DNA of 64,000 nucleotides from Eledone cirrhosa. Lineage: Eukaryota. Location of the stretch: NCBI GenBank assembly GCA_964016885.1, contig OZ024740.1, forward strand, positions 326,864,001 to 326,928,000, read 5' to 3'. Below the pieces are notes generated by a model that was not told the origin of the DNA, ran no database searches, and was given only the letters and a program-made list of their open reading frames with translations. Position numbers and translations under genes: made by a program. Positions within the stretch are counted from its first letter, which is position 1, and every line of letters starts with the position of its first letter. Positions 28,486-40,520 of the stretch are shown here, piece after piece.

Positions 28486-28903
28486 ATGACAAGTAAGTAT
28501 GTTTTGAAACAGTGAGCAGGTTTGAAATTAGAAAATAGAATAGCTTTCGCCGTATTTTTGACTAAAGAAATTTTAGTCTGATAATGGGGTTTAGAACCCT
28601 CAGATAAATGGAAAAAGATGAGTATTGACGTACATGGGAGTCGAACCCACATCTTTGGTTATCCAGACCACTGTGCTACCATTACACCAACACATCACCC
28701 ATCTCCTTCCATTCAAATTAGAAACTATATTCTTAGCGAGTATCAGACTAAAATTTCTTTAGTCAAAAATACGGTGAATGTTATTCTATTTTCTAATTTC
28801 AAACCTGCTCACTGTTTCAAAACATACTTACTTGTCATTTATACTCGCTAAGAATGTAGCTTCTAATTTGAATGGAAGGAGATGGGTGATGTGTTAGTGT
28901 AAT
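28486..28903. repeat. Interleaved inverted repeats A-x-B-A'-B' containing a tRNA-like segment
   Basis: A (28486-28583) mirrors 28741-28838, and B (about 28680-28743) mirrors 28840-28903. The minus strand has ggtgtaatggtagca...ggttcgactccc. Confidence 0.8.
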
Positions 28904-28914
28904 AGTGTAAGGTC

Positions 28915-30440
28915 ACCCAACCTGTGCACATGCGGGACACGTTTCTCATCACTCGTACCAAATCCGCAATCAGTATGTTGATTTTGGTATGGTCCGAAAC
29001 AGCTGAGTTTCGGTGGATCAGATATTTGGAAGTCATGGGTTTGGCATAATGGGAATGGAGGATTTGTTTTTTGTTATTAATGGTATCTAACCAGAGCTCT
29101 GTGTCTAGTACAGGTGTTTCCTTGGGTAGTCTATAGTAACTCTAATACTCTGGTGGATGGAGTTAGCTATTTTCTGGATGCTTTCCATTGTGTTTTTCTC
29201 TAATTCCTGACTGTTCTCTAGTGGGGATGTTTTTACTACGATGTTTATATCATCAACGTAGCGGGAGTACATTATTAGGGTTGAGGGGTCTTCTAATTGT
29301 TCTTTAAGTTTAAGTTTAAGTCTACTGTCCCACCATACCATAAATAGGTTAGCTATGTCGCCTGCAATGCTAACACCAATGGCTGCTCCCTCCTCTTGGG
29401 CATATGTTTTTCCATTAAATTTGAACATATGTTCCTTAAGGGTTAATTTTATGCTGGCCCCCACCGCATGTGCAATCATTTTCTTTAGTTCATCGTGGTT
29501 TTCGGGGGTCCGTATGGCTCTGGTCCACCCGTTCCATCTATCTGTGTGGGTTTTCTTGGCCATTGAGGTAATGGTAGGTGGTCTGCCTCTTGCTGATCTT
29601 GTAGAGCACAGGTTGCTAAGGTCATATGTATCTAGATAATTATTACTATAGGTAAGTTTAAGTAGGAGTCCCAGCTCACTGGTATCAATCCCACGGAATT
29701 CAACATTGCTCTCACTGATCATTTCTACGCATTTCTCCACAGCAAAATTCACGTCAATAGATGGATACAAGGACACAACATCCATACTACCTATTATGCA
29801 GTTTGTTAGGTCCCTAGATCGGTTACTCTCGCCGATTCTGCTGAGGAGGTCCTTCGTGCTGCAACATACATTTGGGGACATTTCAATGATGGGGCGTATG
29901 ATCAGGGAGAGGAAGTAGGACTGTCTGTAGTTACTAGCAATGTTAGCTCCACAGACTGGCCGTGTTGGTGGTCCTGTGACAGGGTCACTGCTCGTTTTAT
30001 GGTCTTTTCGAAGCCCATACAACGCTGGCACACCATTGTTCCAGGCCTGGAAGTTGTTGGAGTCCTTTTGTTGGGCTGCATTATATTTGTCCACATCATC
30101 ATATGGGCATTGAGGGCTTTTTCTCTATCCTCATGCTCTTGTGGTGTTACTTTTCTTGTGGTGTTACTTCTCTTGTGTTAGTGATGTGGGGTTGCATTGC
30201 CTGGATGTAGTTTGGCAGACTGTCAACTGACATTCTGCCAGACTTGTCTGTTGGAAAGCATGCTATCTCTCCATTACGCGAGCGCTGCATGAGCTTACGC
30301 AAGCCATTTGCAGATTTTTCTCCCAGTTGCTGGGCCTCCATTCTATTATGCTTATTGCTATACTGTTCTATAATATTTCTAAGTTTAGATCTAGCTATAC
30401 TAAATTGTGCTTCTGTTTGTTCATCGACCTGCGACGGCAA
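28915..30440 (-). pseudogene. Penelope-like reverse transcriptase, frameshifted and truncated
   Basis: ORFs 30147-30440 and 29105-30094, plus thumb-domain coding sequence extending down to about 28915. Confidence 0.85.
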
Positions 30441-30454
30441 TTGCGTGCATTTGT

Positions 30455-30711
30455 TAACAGCTCGTAGTATAGGGGAACGGATAAATGAACACTGGCGAGA
30501 CCTTCAAGATAGTAAAGAATCATCTGTACTCTACCAACATGCTAAAATAGAACATAAGGGTAAATTAGAGAACATAGAAATAAAAATTGAATCTACACAC
30601 AGAAAAGACGCAATGTTTAGACAAATCACAGAGGCAATAAACATAAATGAACTCCAACCAAAATTAAATAGAAAACATGAATGGAACAGCAACATCACAA
30701 CTTACAATTAG
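30455..30711 (+). pseudogene. C-terminal fragment of a GIY-YIG endonuclease
   Basis: The R..EH, H, E and LN pattern is typical of Penelope-like endonucleases. Confidence 0.75.
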
Positions 30712-30911
30712 GGACAAAATGAAACACACACACACATAGAACAAACAACCAACCAGTAACATGTAAATAAACAAATAAATAAACAAATATAAACACACAC
30801 AGACGCCCGGATGTAACACATGCGCAAACTAAGCACACAACACACACACAAAAACAAGATGGCGTAGGACAGAACAAAGGAGAGGCACAAAAACAAAGAA
30901 AAGATTCCCCA

Positions 30912-30954
30912 GTCACTGAGGAGGTCACAGAATGTGTGACGAAAGAACTTTGAC
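30912..30954 (+). ncRNA. Hammerhead motif in the terminal region of the Penelope-like element
   Basis: GTCA-CTGAGGA-g-GTCACA gaatg TGTGAC-GAAA-GAAC-TT-TGAC, about 200 bp after the endonuclease stop codon. Confidence 0.75.
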
Positions 30955-31104
30955 AATATATAAACAATCATCTGGTTGTGGAACCAACCAACCAACCGGA
31001 AATTTATAAATTCCTAAATTTATAAATTTATTATAATAAATTGAAGTGAAAGCAACTGGCGCGTGTGTTTCTTATTGGCAACATGACCCTCCCAAAGTAT
31101 AACA

Positions 31105-31160
<56 letters not shown>

Positions 31161-31453
31161 AGTTTATGTTGGTTGTATACCAACACCTCAGTATGCAGCT
31201 GGAGCACTCGACGAAGTGCGCAGGTTGGTTTGGTTACTCCGGAGTAGTGTAAAATAAAGTTAAATAAAAGTCAGTGTCAAAGGTCCCCTTCTCCTCGAAG
31301 GGGACCTTTAACACTGAAATTCGTTTGTTTGAATTCATATGACTCCAGTTCCTCAGTGAATTAACAACCCAACAAGGAACTGGGCATATCAGAGTATTGA
31401 CAATATTATACACCTAAACAACATATGTACTTGTCTATACCATACTAATTCAA

Positions 31454-31508
31454 ACTGCCTGAAGAGGTCACAGCCAAAGATGGCTGTCACTGAAATATAT
31501 ATAGCAGT
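31454..31508 (+). ncRNA. Intact type-I hammerhead motif, predicted cleavage after 31503
   Basis: ACTGC-CTGAAGA-GGTcACAGCCA aaga TGGCTGTcACT-GAAA-TATATA-TA-GCAGT. Confidence 0.85.
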
Positions 31509-31552
31509 AATAAACGAAGCTAAATTTTAATCATTTGACTTTTATTTAACTT

Positions 31553-31602
<50 letters not shown>

Positions 31603-31605
<3 letters not shown>

Positions 31606-31784
31606 AGACCCCGACGGCTGAGCTCAGCCGTTTCGACGGCTAATTCTGTACTGAATTAGCCGTCGAAACGACTTGAGCTCAGCCGTCGGGGTCTTACTTA
31701 CTCCTATTACCCACTCTACTACCCTAAGTATTGAGTACTTTGGTGCGTTATGGTCCACCTGGTTCCTTACCACTTTTCCCTCGC

Positions 31785-31785
<1 letters not shown>
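31603..31785. repeat. Fold-back element: inverted repeat at 31603-31697 plus tail, in (TA)n
   Basis: gtaagaccccgacggctgagctca pairs with tgagctcagccgtcggggtcttac. The tail is the reverse complement of about 19000-19070. Confidence 0.88.
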
Positions 31786-31815
<30 letters not shown>

Positions 31816-32033
31816 CAAATGTTACACTATTCAGTTGATAACCCCCCATGAATAGGTCCCACTAAGTTGACCCATTCATTAACAAGTATTCACTTTGTAT
31901 ATTATTGAAGAATACACGCACACATATTTCTATACATACACGCGCGCACAGAGTCGCTCACGAAATATTCGTACCTATCCATATATTTTTGAATACTTAC
32001 AAGCAGTCACGCATCAGACAAACACACTCATTT

Positions 32034-32124
<91 letters not shown>

Positions 32125-32318
32125 CATACACACATATGTACATATGTGTGTGTGGATGTATAGGTACATATACACAAGTAAATATATATATAAGCATACA
32201 TGCGTACGGGTGCGCGCTTAGTTGTATGTTAGTGTGATAAAAGCATGTGTGTGTGTGTGAGAGAGAGAGTGAGAGTGAGAGATAGATAGATAGATAGAGA
32301 GATAGAGATAGATAGATA

Positions 32319-32349
<31 letters not shown>

Positions 32350-33174
32350 TAAGGATTATAGATGTGAGGAAAGAAAAGAGAAAGTGGAAGACATCAGTAT
32401 GTCGTGTTTTAAGTTGCAGCCATTATTAATAAGTATTACGATGAACTTCAACGACCTTTTTTTATCGACAGATTTCACCGCAATCTTTACATTGCGATTA
32501 ATATTTTTAAAAATCTTCCCAAAAGATAAAAATATACACAACAGAAATGACAACAGAAAAGCAACAATAATTGACTAAAAGAAAATAATGAAAAAAAAAA
32601 AAAAAATCGAGAGGGAACAAATAACAAACAAAACATAACAAAAAAAATCCTAACCTATTGGCACCATCTACTCTTCACTTACACAACGACGGGGAAGAAT
32701 CCCCTCCATTCATGATTGCACCAATCATCAAAATTAACTAAAATATTTTTGTTTTTCTTGACATATGTTTCACTGTCGATCAGCTGGAGGAAGGATCTAT
32801 TATTGATCTAATCTTACTCTGGAATCGAAAAATCCTCAGATATGCCTCAGTATCTAAGCTCATCTCTGATTTTGTGCGCACTTATATATACACACATATA
32901 TGTGCTTGTTTGTCCATGTATCTGTCCGTGACCGTTTTTACGTTTACACTACTTAAAACAAATTTAACAGAAACAAATTGAGTGTAATATTAAACAAGAA
33001 AATACAATAAAAATATCATAATTGAATCTTTTTCTTATAAATACAGCCAGTTCACAGGTGAGATTCTGTTCTTAATTTAAATAATAAGAAAATTTCGACA
33101 AATAGTCCCAAATCCTATAAGTATATTAATAAATAAATAGAAATATAAAATAATATATAAGTGAATATAATTTT

Positions 33175-33800
33175 GTATTCTGATTTTGGCACAAGGCCAA
33201 CAGTTTTGGGGAAAGGGAAAGTCGATTAAATGGACCCAAGTGCGTTATTCATACTTTATTTTATCGAACCTCTAAAGATGAAAGGCAAAACTAACATCAG
33301 CGGGAATTGAACACAACGTAAAGGGATGTAACTATCTGCTGCAAAGCATGTCCAGCACTAATAATAATTGTTTCTACTTTTGGCACAAGGCCAGCAATTA
33401 CCCAGTGTATTACTGGTACTTTATTTTATCGACCCCGTAAGGATGAAAGGCAAAGTTAACCTCGGCGGGATTTGAACTCAGAATGGCAAGGGCCGTAACT
33501 CTATGCGTCAAAGCATGGCGTCCGACCCTCTACCGATACTGCCAAGTCACCGTCCAGCACTAATAATAATGATAATGATAATAGTTTCTGATTTAGGCAC
33601 TAGGCCAGCAACCTTTTTTTTTGGGGGGGGGGTGTCGATTAAATCGACCCCAGTGCATTACTGGTACTTTATTTTATCGACCTCGTAAGGATGAAAAGCA
33701 AAGTAAACCATGGCAGGATTTGAACTTGATTGTTAAGGGCCGTAACTCGATGCCATAAAGTATGTTGTCCGACGGTCTACCTATACTGCCAATCCACCTC
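33175..33800 (-). mobile_element. Three tandem SINE copies of the main family
   Basis: Three repeated units of ggcacaaggcc...ttttatcgac...gatgaaaggcaaa...gatttgaact. Confidence 0.85.
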
Positions 33801-33844
33801 CCATATAAGTGAATATAATATTTATGCTTTTTGTGAATGGTTTT

Positions 33845-34441
33845 GTTTGTGTCCATGACTCACATCCGTAGAGGAGAATGGACTCAACCGTGGCTTTGAA
33901 TAGCTTCACCTTTGTGGTTTTCTTGATCAGAGACACCCATACCTTTAAAAGGGAGTTAAGATCCCCACCCCATGCCTTGTCAACATCGTACTCTCTGTTC
34001 ATAAAACTGGTGCCAACATCGTGCTCGCTGTTCATAAAACTTCCACTAACAAAAATACTCACAAGATGTATTAAAAGAACATTCACGCGAATGCTGAGAA
34101 AGGTCCAGAACATATCCTGGAGAATATACATAAAAAAGAAATCGTTCTACGGCCCACACCTTCAAAAGACGAAAGAGGCTCGCATTAGCTGGACATGTGA
34201 AACATCAAAATGAACCTGCTGGGAGAGTTCTTTTTTGGAAACCTGATCTGGGCATGTAGTTGGGAGATCAACCACAAGGCTGAAGGATGTACTTGAAGAT
34301 GACACCGGGTTGGAAGTAGGGGAAATTCAGACAGCAATGCTAGACAGGGTGAGCTGGAGACGGAACTTCGTCATGGCACCAGTAACGGATGTATAGAAGA
34401 AGAAGAAGAAGAAGAAGAAGAAGAAGAAGAAGAAGAAGAAG
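33845..34441. mobile_element. 5'-inverted RTE-like LINE 3' fragment with a (GAA)n tail
   Basis: The minus strand encodes 'KVKLFKATVESILLYGCESWT'. The plus strand continues 'LTKILTRCIKRTFTRMLRKVQNISW' and ends in (GAA)n at about 34396-34441. Confidence 0.72.
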
Positions 34442-34807
34442 ATAATATATTCTAAGACGGAATAAAGAGAATGAAACCCTTTTAATTATTAGTTGAAAAG
34501 TGGAAGTAAATGCAGGCAAAGTTTATAATTTCTAACAATACTCAAATGATTCTTGCCAATTCTAATATAGTTAAAAACTTCGAACCGGCTCTCAAAAGGA
34601 ACTTATAATTGTATTCATTACTTTTTCATTCAGGTAATTTCTCCACTGCAAGAGACTGATCTATATCTATGAAAGACATATCCATCATTAAATCGTCTAT
34701 TATATTCACGCATGTATATATATGTAAGCATGTATGTATACATGTATGTATGTATGTATACATATATGTATGTATGTATGCATATGTATGCATGCGTGCA
34801 TGCATAC

Positions 34808-34838
<31 letters not shown>

Positions 34839-34956
34839 TGTATGTATGTATGTATGTATGTATGTATGTATGTATGTATGTATGTATGTACATGCATGTG
34901 TGTATGTATATACATGCATATATGTATGTATGTATGCATGTATGTATGTACATGTT

Positions 34957-35640
34957 ATCTCTTTCTCTTAATTTCGAGTATATTTTTTTTGACCGGCCAC
35001 CTTCCTGGTGGCAAGGTTTGTAAAAGAAAAGAAATTGTCATCCCTTGAATCGCAAGAATGTTTTGCAAATTTTTAAGGTGCCAGCTATCGCAGCCATTTG
35101 AAGACTATGAATTAGGGAGCTGCACTTTTTGTCCGAAAATCCAAGTTCAGTCATACTTTGGTCCAAGCGGGTTGGTATATAACCCGTAGCTCCAATAATG
35201 ATGGGTATGAAGCTAAAGGTGTATCTTGGATACTGGATTTGTAAACTCCTCATCAATGGTCCGTAGATGTCCTCCTTCTCCTGTATTTTTCTGACAACGT
35301 TTACATCAAATGGGAAGCTGATCTCCACAACAGAACAGGTTTTCAATGTGTGGTCCCAAACAACAATATCAGGCCGGTTTGTGCTTTAATTTGGTGGCAG
35401 TTTTTATTTTCAGGTTCCACCAGTATTCCTTAGTGCCATCTGTCTCAATATATTCTTCCTCGTTTGTTGTTAATTTCATTTTCCGAAGTGCGTTCCAGAT
35501 GGTTCTAGCTATCCCATCGTGTCTCATGGGGAGGTAGTAGCGAGATGACATTCTTTCGCAGCTGGCAACAATGTGGCTTACATCCTCGATCTTTGTTTTA
35601 CATAGCCTACATTTATTGTCAGCTGCTGGCCCTCCCCTTT
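34957..35640 (-). mobile_element. 3' fragment of an RLE-type non-LTR element inside a (CATA)n tract
   Basis: Zinc motif CRLC...EDVSHIVASC, then RHD, VEISFP, 'KIQEKEDIY' and PIIIGATG. (TATG)n flanks both sides. Confidence 0.8.
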
Positions 35641-36244
35641 TGTGCATGCATGTATGTATGTATGTATGTATGTATGTATGTATGTATGTATGTATGTATG
35701 TATGTATGTATGTATGTATGTATGTATGCATGTATGTCAACTGTGGTTTGTTACTTTTCAAAAAAATATATATTTCTTTATTTCAATCAATATCAGATGG
35801 AATCACTTGAGAACGTGAGGAAAATCTGTTCCGCAGAGACACTTATTAAGTATCTTATTTACTTTCTCAAAGACTATACCATCTAAACGTCATCACGTAA
35901 ATATTTGATTACGTAACTAAGAACACCAATGATTATAGGTACAAATTTCAATTCACATTCAAGTATAATCTTTTTATACTTTTATATTGAATATTTAGTT
36001 GATGTAATCACACCATTGCGCCAAACAAGTTTGAACATTCTTTTCAAGTACATATAATGAGCTTTTTACTCCAACATTCTAAACATTTGTGTTTTTGTCT
36101 AGAAGTTTCAGATTTTAATGGCCTGAAAATATACTTAAATTTTAACTTATATTTCAAAACAACTTATTTTCATTGATCTGAATATTTGAAAACCTTTTCT
36201 GGAACAAAAGCAACATTGGAGCCAATTATTAGGCATTATTGGTA

Positions 36245-36849
36245 GGGCGGTGGATTGGCAGTATCGGTAGAGGGTCTGACGCTATGCTTTGCAGCAAAGA
36301 GTTACGCCCCTTTATGGTTTGAGTTCAAATCCCGCCGAGGTTAACTTTGCCTTTCATCCTTACGGGGTCGATAAAATAAAGTACCAGTAATGCACTGGAT
36401 AATTGCTGGCCTTGTGCCAAAAGTAGAAACAATTATTGGTAGGGCGGTGGATTGGCAGTATCGGGAGAGAGTCGGACACCATGCTTTGAAGCATAGAGTT
36501 ACATCCCTTTATGATCTGAGTTCAAATCCCGCCGAGGTTAACTTTGCCTTTCATCCTTATGGGGTCGATAAAATAAAATACCAGTAATGTATTGGGTAAT
36601 TGCTGGCCTTGTGCCTAAAATAGAAACAATTATTGGTAGTATCGGTAGCAGGGCGGTGGACAACATGCTTTGCAGCATAGAGTTACGGCCCTTTATGTTC
36701 TGAATTTAAATCTAGCCGAGGTTAACTTTGCTTTTCATCCATACGGAGTCGGGTCGATAAAATAAACCACCAGTAATATAGTGGGGTCGATTTAATCGAT
36801 TTCCCCTCCCCAAAAATTGTTGGCCTTGTGCCTCAATCAGAAATCATTA
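36245..36849 (+). mobile_element. Three head-to-tail SINE copies of the main family
   Basis: Units begin ggcggtggattggcagtatcgg (rearranged in the third) and are separated by attattggtag. Confidence 0.88.
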
Positions 36850-37452
36850 TGTAGGAAATCTAAAGTTATTTTTTAGATATTACTTTTGTGGTAATGATTT
36901 GTTTTATGCTTAGGGTCAGAATATTTACTGTTACACAGGCAGGATCATAGTTAATTTGAATCGACTCAAGTACTTTCCTAATTTACTTTATCGAAAATAG
37001 AAGTATGAACGACGAAACTGACTCCAATAAGACATACCATACTTGATATTCTTAAGAAATCAGATGGGTACTCTATAAATTCGCCCACGATCCAACAATA
37101 GAACCTTTACATGATCACTCAAATCGAGTAATCACGTAATAGCAATCAAGTTCCCACCCCCATCATAGGTCTCCAAAATCATGGCTGACCTGGGTCTAGA
37201 CACTCCTGAAATGAAGTCGTTTTAATCAATACTTAAAACAAAATCAAATATTTCCTTTCTGTGTTAAGTGTTATAAAAATATTAGCAATATATGTTCATG
37301 CAAATAATAAACTGAAACAATAAGTTCTTGTTGATTGAATTTCTACAGTAGTATATTACTGAAATTTATATAAGACCAATACGGAATTTGAAAAGGAAGT
37401 GGCGAGTATTTATATTGGTTCATTACGAAGCCTATTTCAGTTTTGCCTATAA

Positions 37453-37642
37453 ATAATTGTTTCTACTTTTGGCACAAGGCCAGCAATTGTCCAGTGCATT
37501 ACTGGTACTTTATTTTATCGACCCTATAAGAATAAAAGGCAAAGTTAACCTCGGGGGGATTTGATCTCAGAATGGCAAGGGCCGTAACTCTATGCGTCAA
37601 AGCGTGGTGTCCTACCCTTACCGATACTGCCAATCGACCGCC
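37453..37642 (-). mobile_element. tRNA-derived SINE of the main family
   Basis: Same motifs as the copy at 18043-18233. Confidence 0.85.
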
Positions 37643-40520
37643 TGTAAATAATATCGATACAAACGACATTTAGTTTGCCCTTTTCTTTTCAGTTCTCGCC
37701 ATTCAATGCAGCTTCTACTGAAAAATCCCGATGAGAAAATGTTGTATATTTGATAACAGAATTCGCCAAATCTTCAAGCATAGCTGGATGACGAGATTTG
37801 AAATTTAGGGTAAATATCAGACTAGTCATTCTGTATAACTTGAAAACATCATAAAGCATTTTCACATTCGAAGATCATTTACTCTAAAAGGCACCTAGTT
37901 AGAAATACGGGAATATCAAACGGATGGAAACCGATAAAACTACAAGGAAAGCGGATGAAAGCTTTTTTTAGGGGGATGGGGGGAGGGACTTTCATGCGAA
38001 AAGTACCTCGTTAAGCATACAAGACGTTTTGAAGAATAAAAAATTGCTGCCAAATTAGAAAGATTAGATTCCTATGTGTGTTAATCACGCCAAAACGTCC
38101 ATGAATGTTATATTCATGCACAAAACAACCCGAAAGGTGATTGATTGAAAATCAGTTACAAAAAGTTAATTATGCTTTCTGTTGATGTGAAAGTTTGATC
38201 TATTCTTGGATATATTTGGGGCTCTGATTTCAAATATATCTATAGCTTGGCTGTATCATATCTGCATTTAGTGATATAGCATGGCAATTTCTGTGCTGAT
38301 TTATCGACTTGAGAGCTGAAATTAAGGCCCTCAGTAGAAGCTTACATATTGGTTCCTTAGAATTTAGACCTATCTTTTGGTATATTTGAATCGGCGATTC
38401 CAAAATTGACATCAACTTTGCCGTGCCAGTTCTAATTAATTAAGGATTAGGATATTTTTGATACAAAAATAATAACAATATGTTATACATGTAATTAAAA
38501 CAACGGCTCTTGGGCACTGCATCAAGATTCCGATTTATGAAATGTGCATATGGCAATGTCTATATACGAAGATTTGAACTCAGTATCGAGAATATTCAAC
38601 GAAGCATTCGCCAGTTTTGCAATGTTACATCATACTTGCGAAGATGAACAATATACATTCAACTATTTGTAGCTAGTTGATGTGTGTTCATCTGTTTCTT
38701 AGCAATAGAATCAGGCCCGTAATTCTTATCCTTAAAACGACCAAGAGAGACCCCCAATGAAAGGCAAACTAATAGGAGGCCAGCTAAACCGATGCAGGTC
38801 TAAACCGTAATAACTACAGCAACATCAGCAGAAAACAAACAAACGAACGACATAGAAGTTAGAATGACGAAGTATAAACCGAAAATCCTTCGGCTGATAG
38901 ACTGAAAAATTCTCTTGATCAGCTTCAGCTTTCACAAATAATACAAAAAAAACAAAATAAATAAATAAAAAAAGGAAATGACAGCATAGAAAAAAATAAT
39001 TCAACTGTTAAAATAGCAGGATCATTCGAAAGTCACGATTTTACCGAGCAAATATAAACAGATATTGCGTAAAGTGATATAACAGCTTCCTCTAGATTGA
39101 CGAACGTTCTAGAATGTAACTGGTTGTGTAACAATTATATATAACATTCACTTATATACTGTTCCTAATACAAATTACAATAGATTGGTTATATTTAATT
39201 ATTTCCAATCTCACTGGACTATTCTGCTCACTTTTCTCTATTTACTTCTCGATTATGTTACATAACTTCCTGCGAGATTCCAACAATACCCCCTTCACCA
39301 CAATTTCTTGAATCTTTTAGTTCACTTGAAGAAATTATAGCATCTCCCTTGATATATGCAAGTTTGTGTTCATTTTAGCTTTAGAAATAATGAAGTATCT
39401 TTAAATAAAGTATCGTGCAATCCTATAGGGAAATATCACATCTATAAACATTGCGAGTTATATGATGTGATATCATGTGACTACGAAACAGTATCTTCAG
39501 TTTGCAATCCACAGACATTTCTCATTTCCAGAATCAACAACTGTAATTAGCTGCTCTTAAAGCTAGCAGTTTCTTCAAATACAATGTTTACACAAAACAT
39601 CATCTCATACAAATATAATTGATATATAAATAATGCTCCAAACTTGTATATTTCGACGATTATTCTGTGTGCAAAATGGCGCTTGATATTATACTTAATG
39701 TTAGAAGGAATTAATTCTTTCTAACAATTTTATTTTTATGAATTTTAAATACTATTATTCTTTAAATAGAGAATGAAAAATTATTACATTTGATCATTTC
39801 TCCATAATTTCTTCTTGAAATTGAGAGAAATAAAACAAAAAGAATAAAGCTAAACAGTATAAACCCACACGGAAACGGGTTAAAATTTAAAACATCCTAA
39901 TATAATTCAAATTGTCATTTTTTGAGCATCATGGGTATTTTCGTAAATACAGGAAATACAGTGTAAAATATGATGTAGTAATTTTGTTATGGCTTCGCCG
40001 GAGAAGGAAGGCCAATTGCATGCAATATCTCCACCGTCGAGTTTATTTTCTATTTCTATATTCCTGTTGCTTAGTCCCATATTAGTCCCATATCGAAAAA
40101 AGCCTATAATGAAAGGCAGTCTAGGGTTATATAGGACTACATCATGTAATAATGGTAAGATATAATTTGAAGAAATTTATTTTCTGAAGGTGGCGAGTAA
40201 TGTGAACTCGGTCATAGGACGACTGACATATGGTAGTGTTGTATCGTTATTTAGCATCTTAACACTGATGAACGTTAGTCCCTTCCAGGATCACTCATGA
40301 CAATTTATAAACTTGTACATTGTAATAATGGTATGTATACGTTTATAAACACGAAATATGCTAGCAAATAAAAACAAATAACTATTCAATGTACCCACAA
40401 TGTACTTAGGTTGAACAAGGAAGAAAATATAGACTCCTGCTTTTATATATTCGCCAATTACTAAGTTAAAAATATCACAGTAGATTTTCTGTCAGTATAG
40501 TATGATAGGAAATATATATA

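Larger units (their letters stand above)
28915..31106. mobile_element. Penelope-like element: RT on the minus strand, inverted GIY-YIG C-terminus and terminal region on the plus strand
   Basis: RT motifs PTDKSGR, LYGLRKDHK, TRPVCGA, SMDVVSLYPSI, QEEGAAIG, RYVDD and thumb 'HYAKPMTSKYLIHRNS' lie on the minus strand. The endonuclease fragment 'TARSIGERINEH...LYQH...RQITEAINI...PKLN' lies on the plus strand. Confidence 0.88.

Noticed and set aside
28627-28692. Possible tRNA gene (also a tRNA-like string at about 5845-5908)
   Set aside because: A- and B-box-like motifs are present but I could not build a full cloverleaf, so it is more likely repeat-derived.
36245-36849. Regularly spaced repeats that could suggest a CRISPR array
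   Set aside because: The units are about 195-bp SINEs without unique spacers, in a eukaryotic context with no cas genes.
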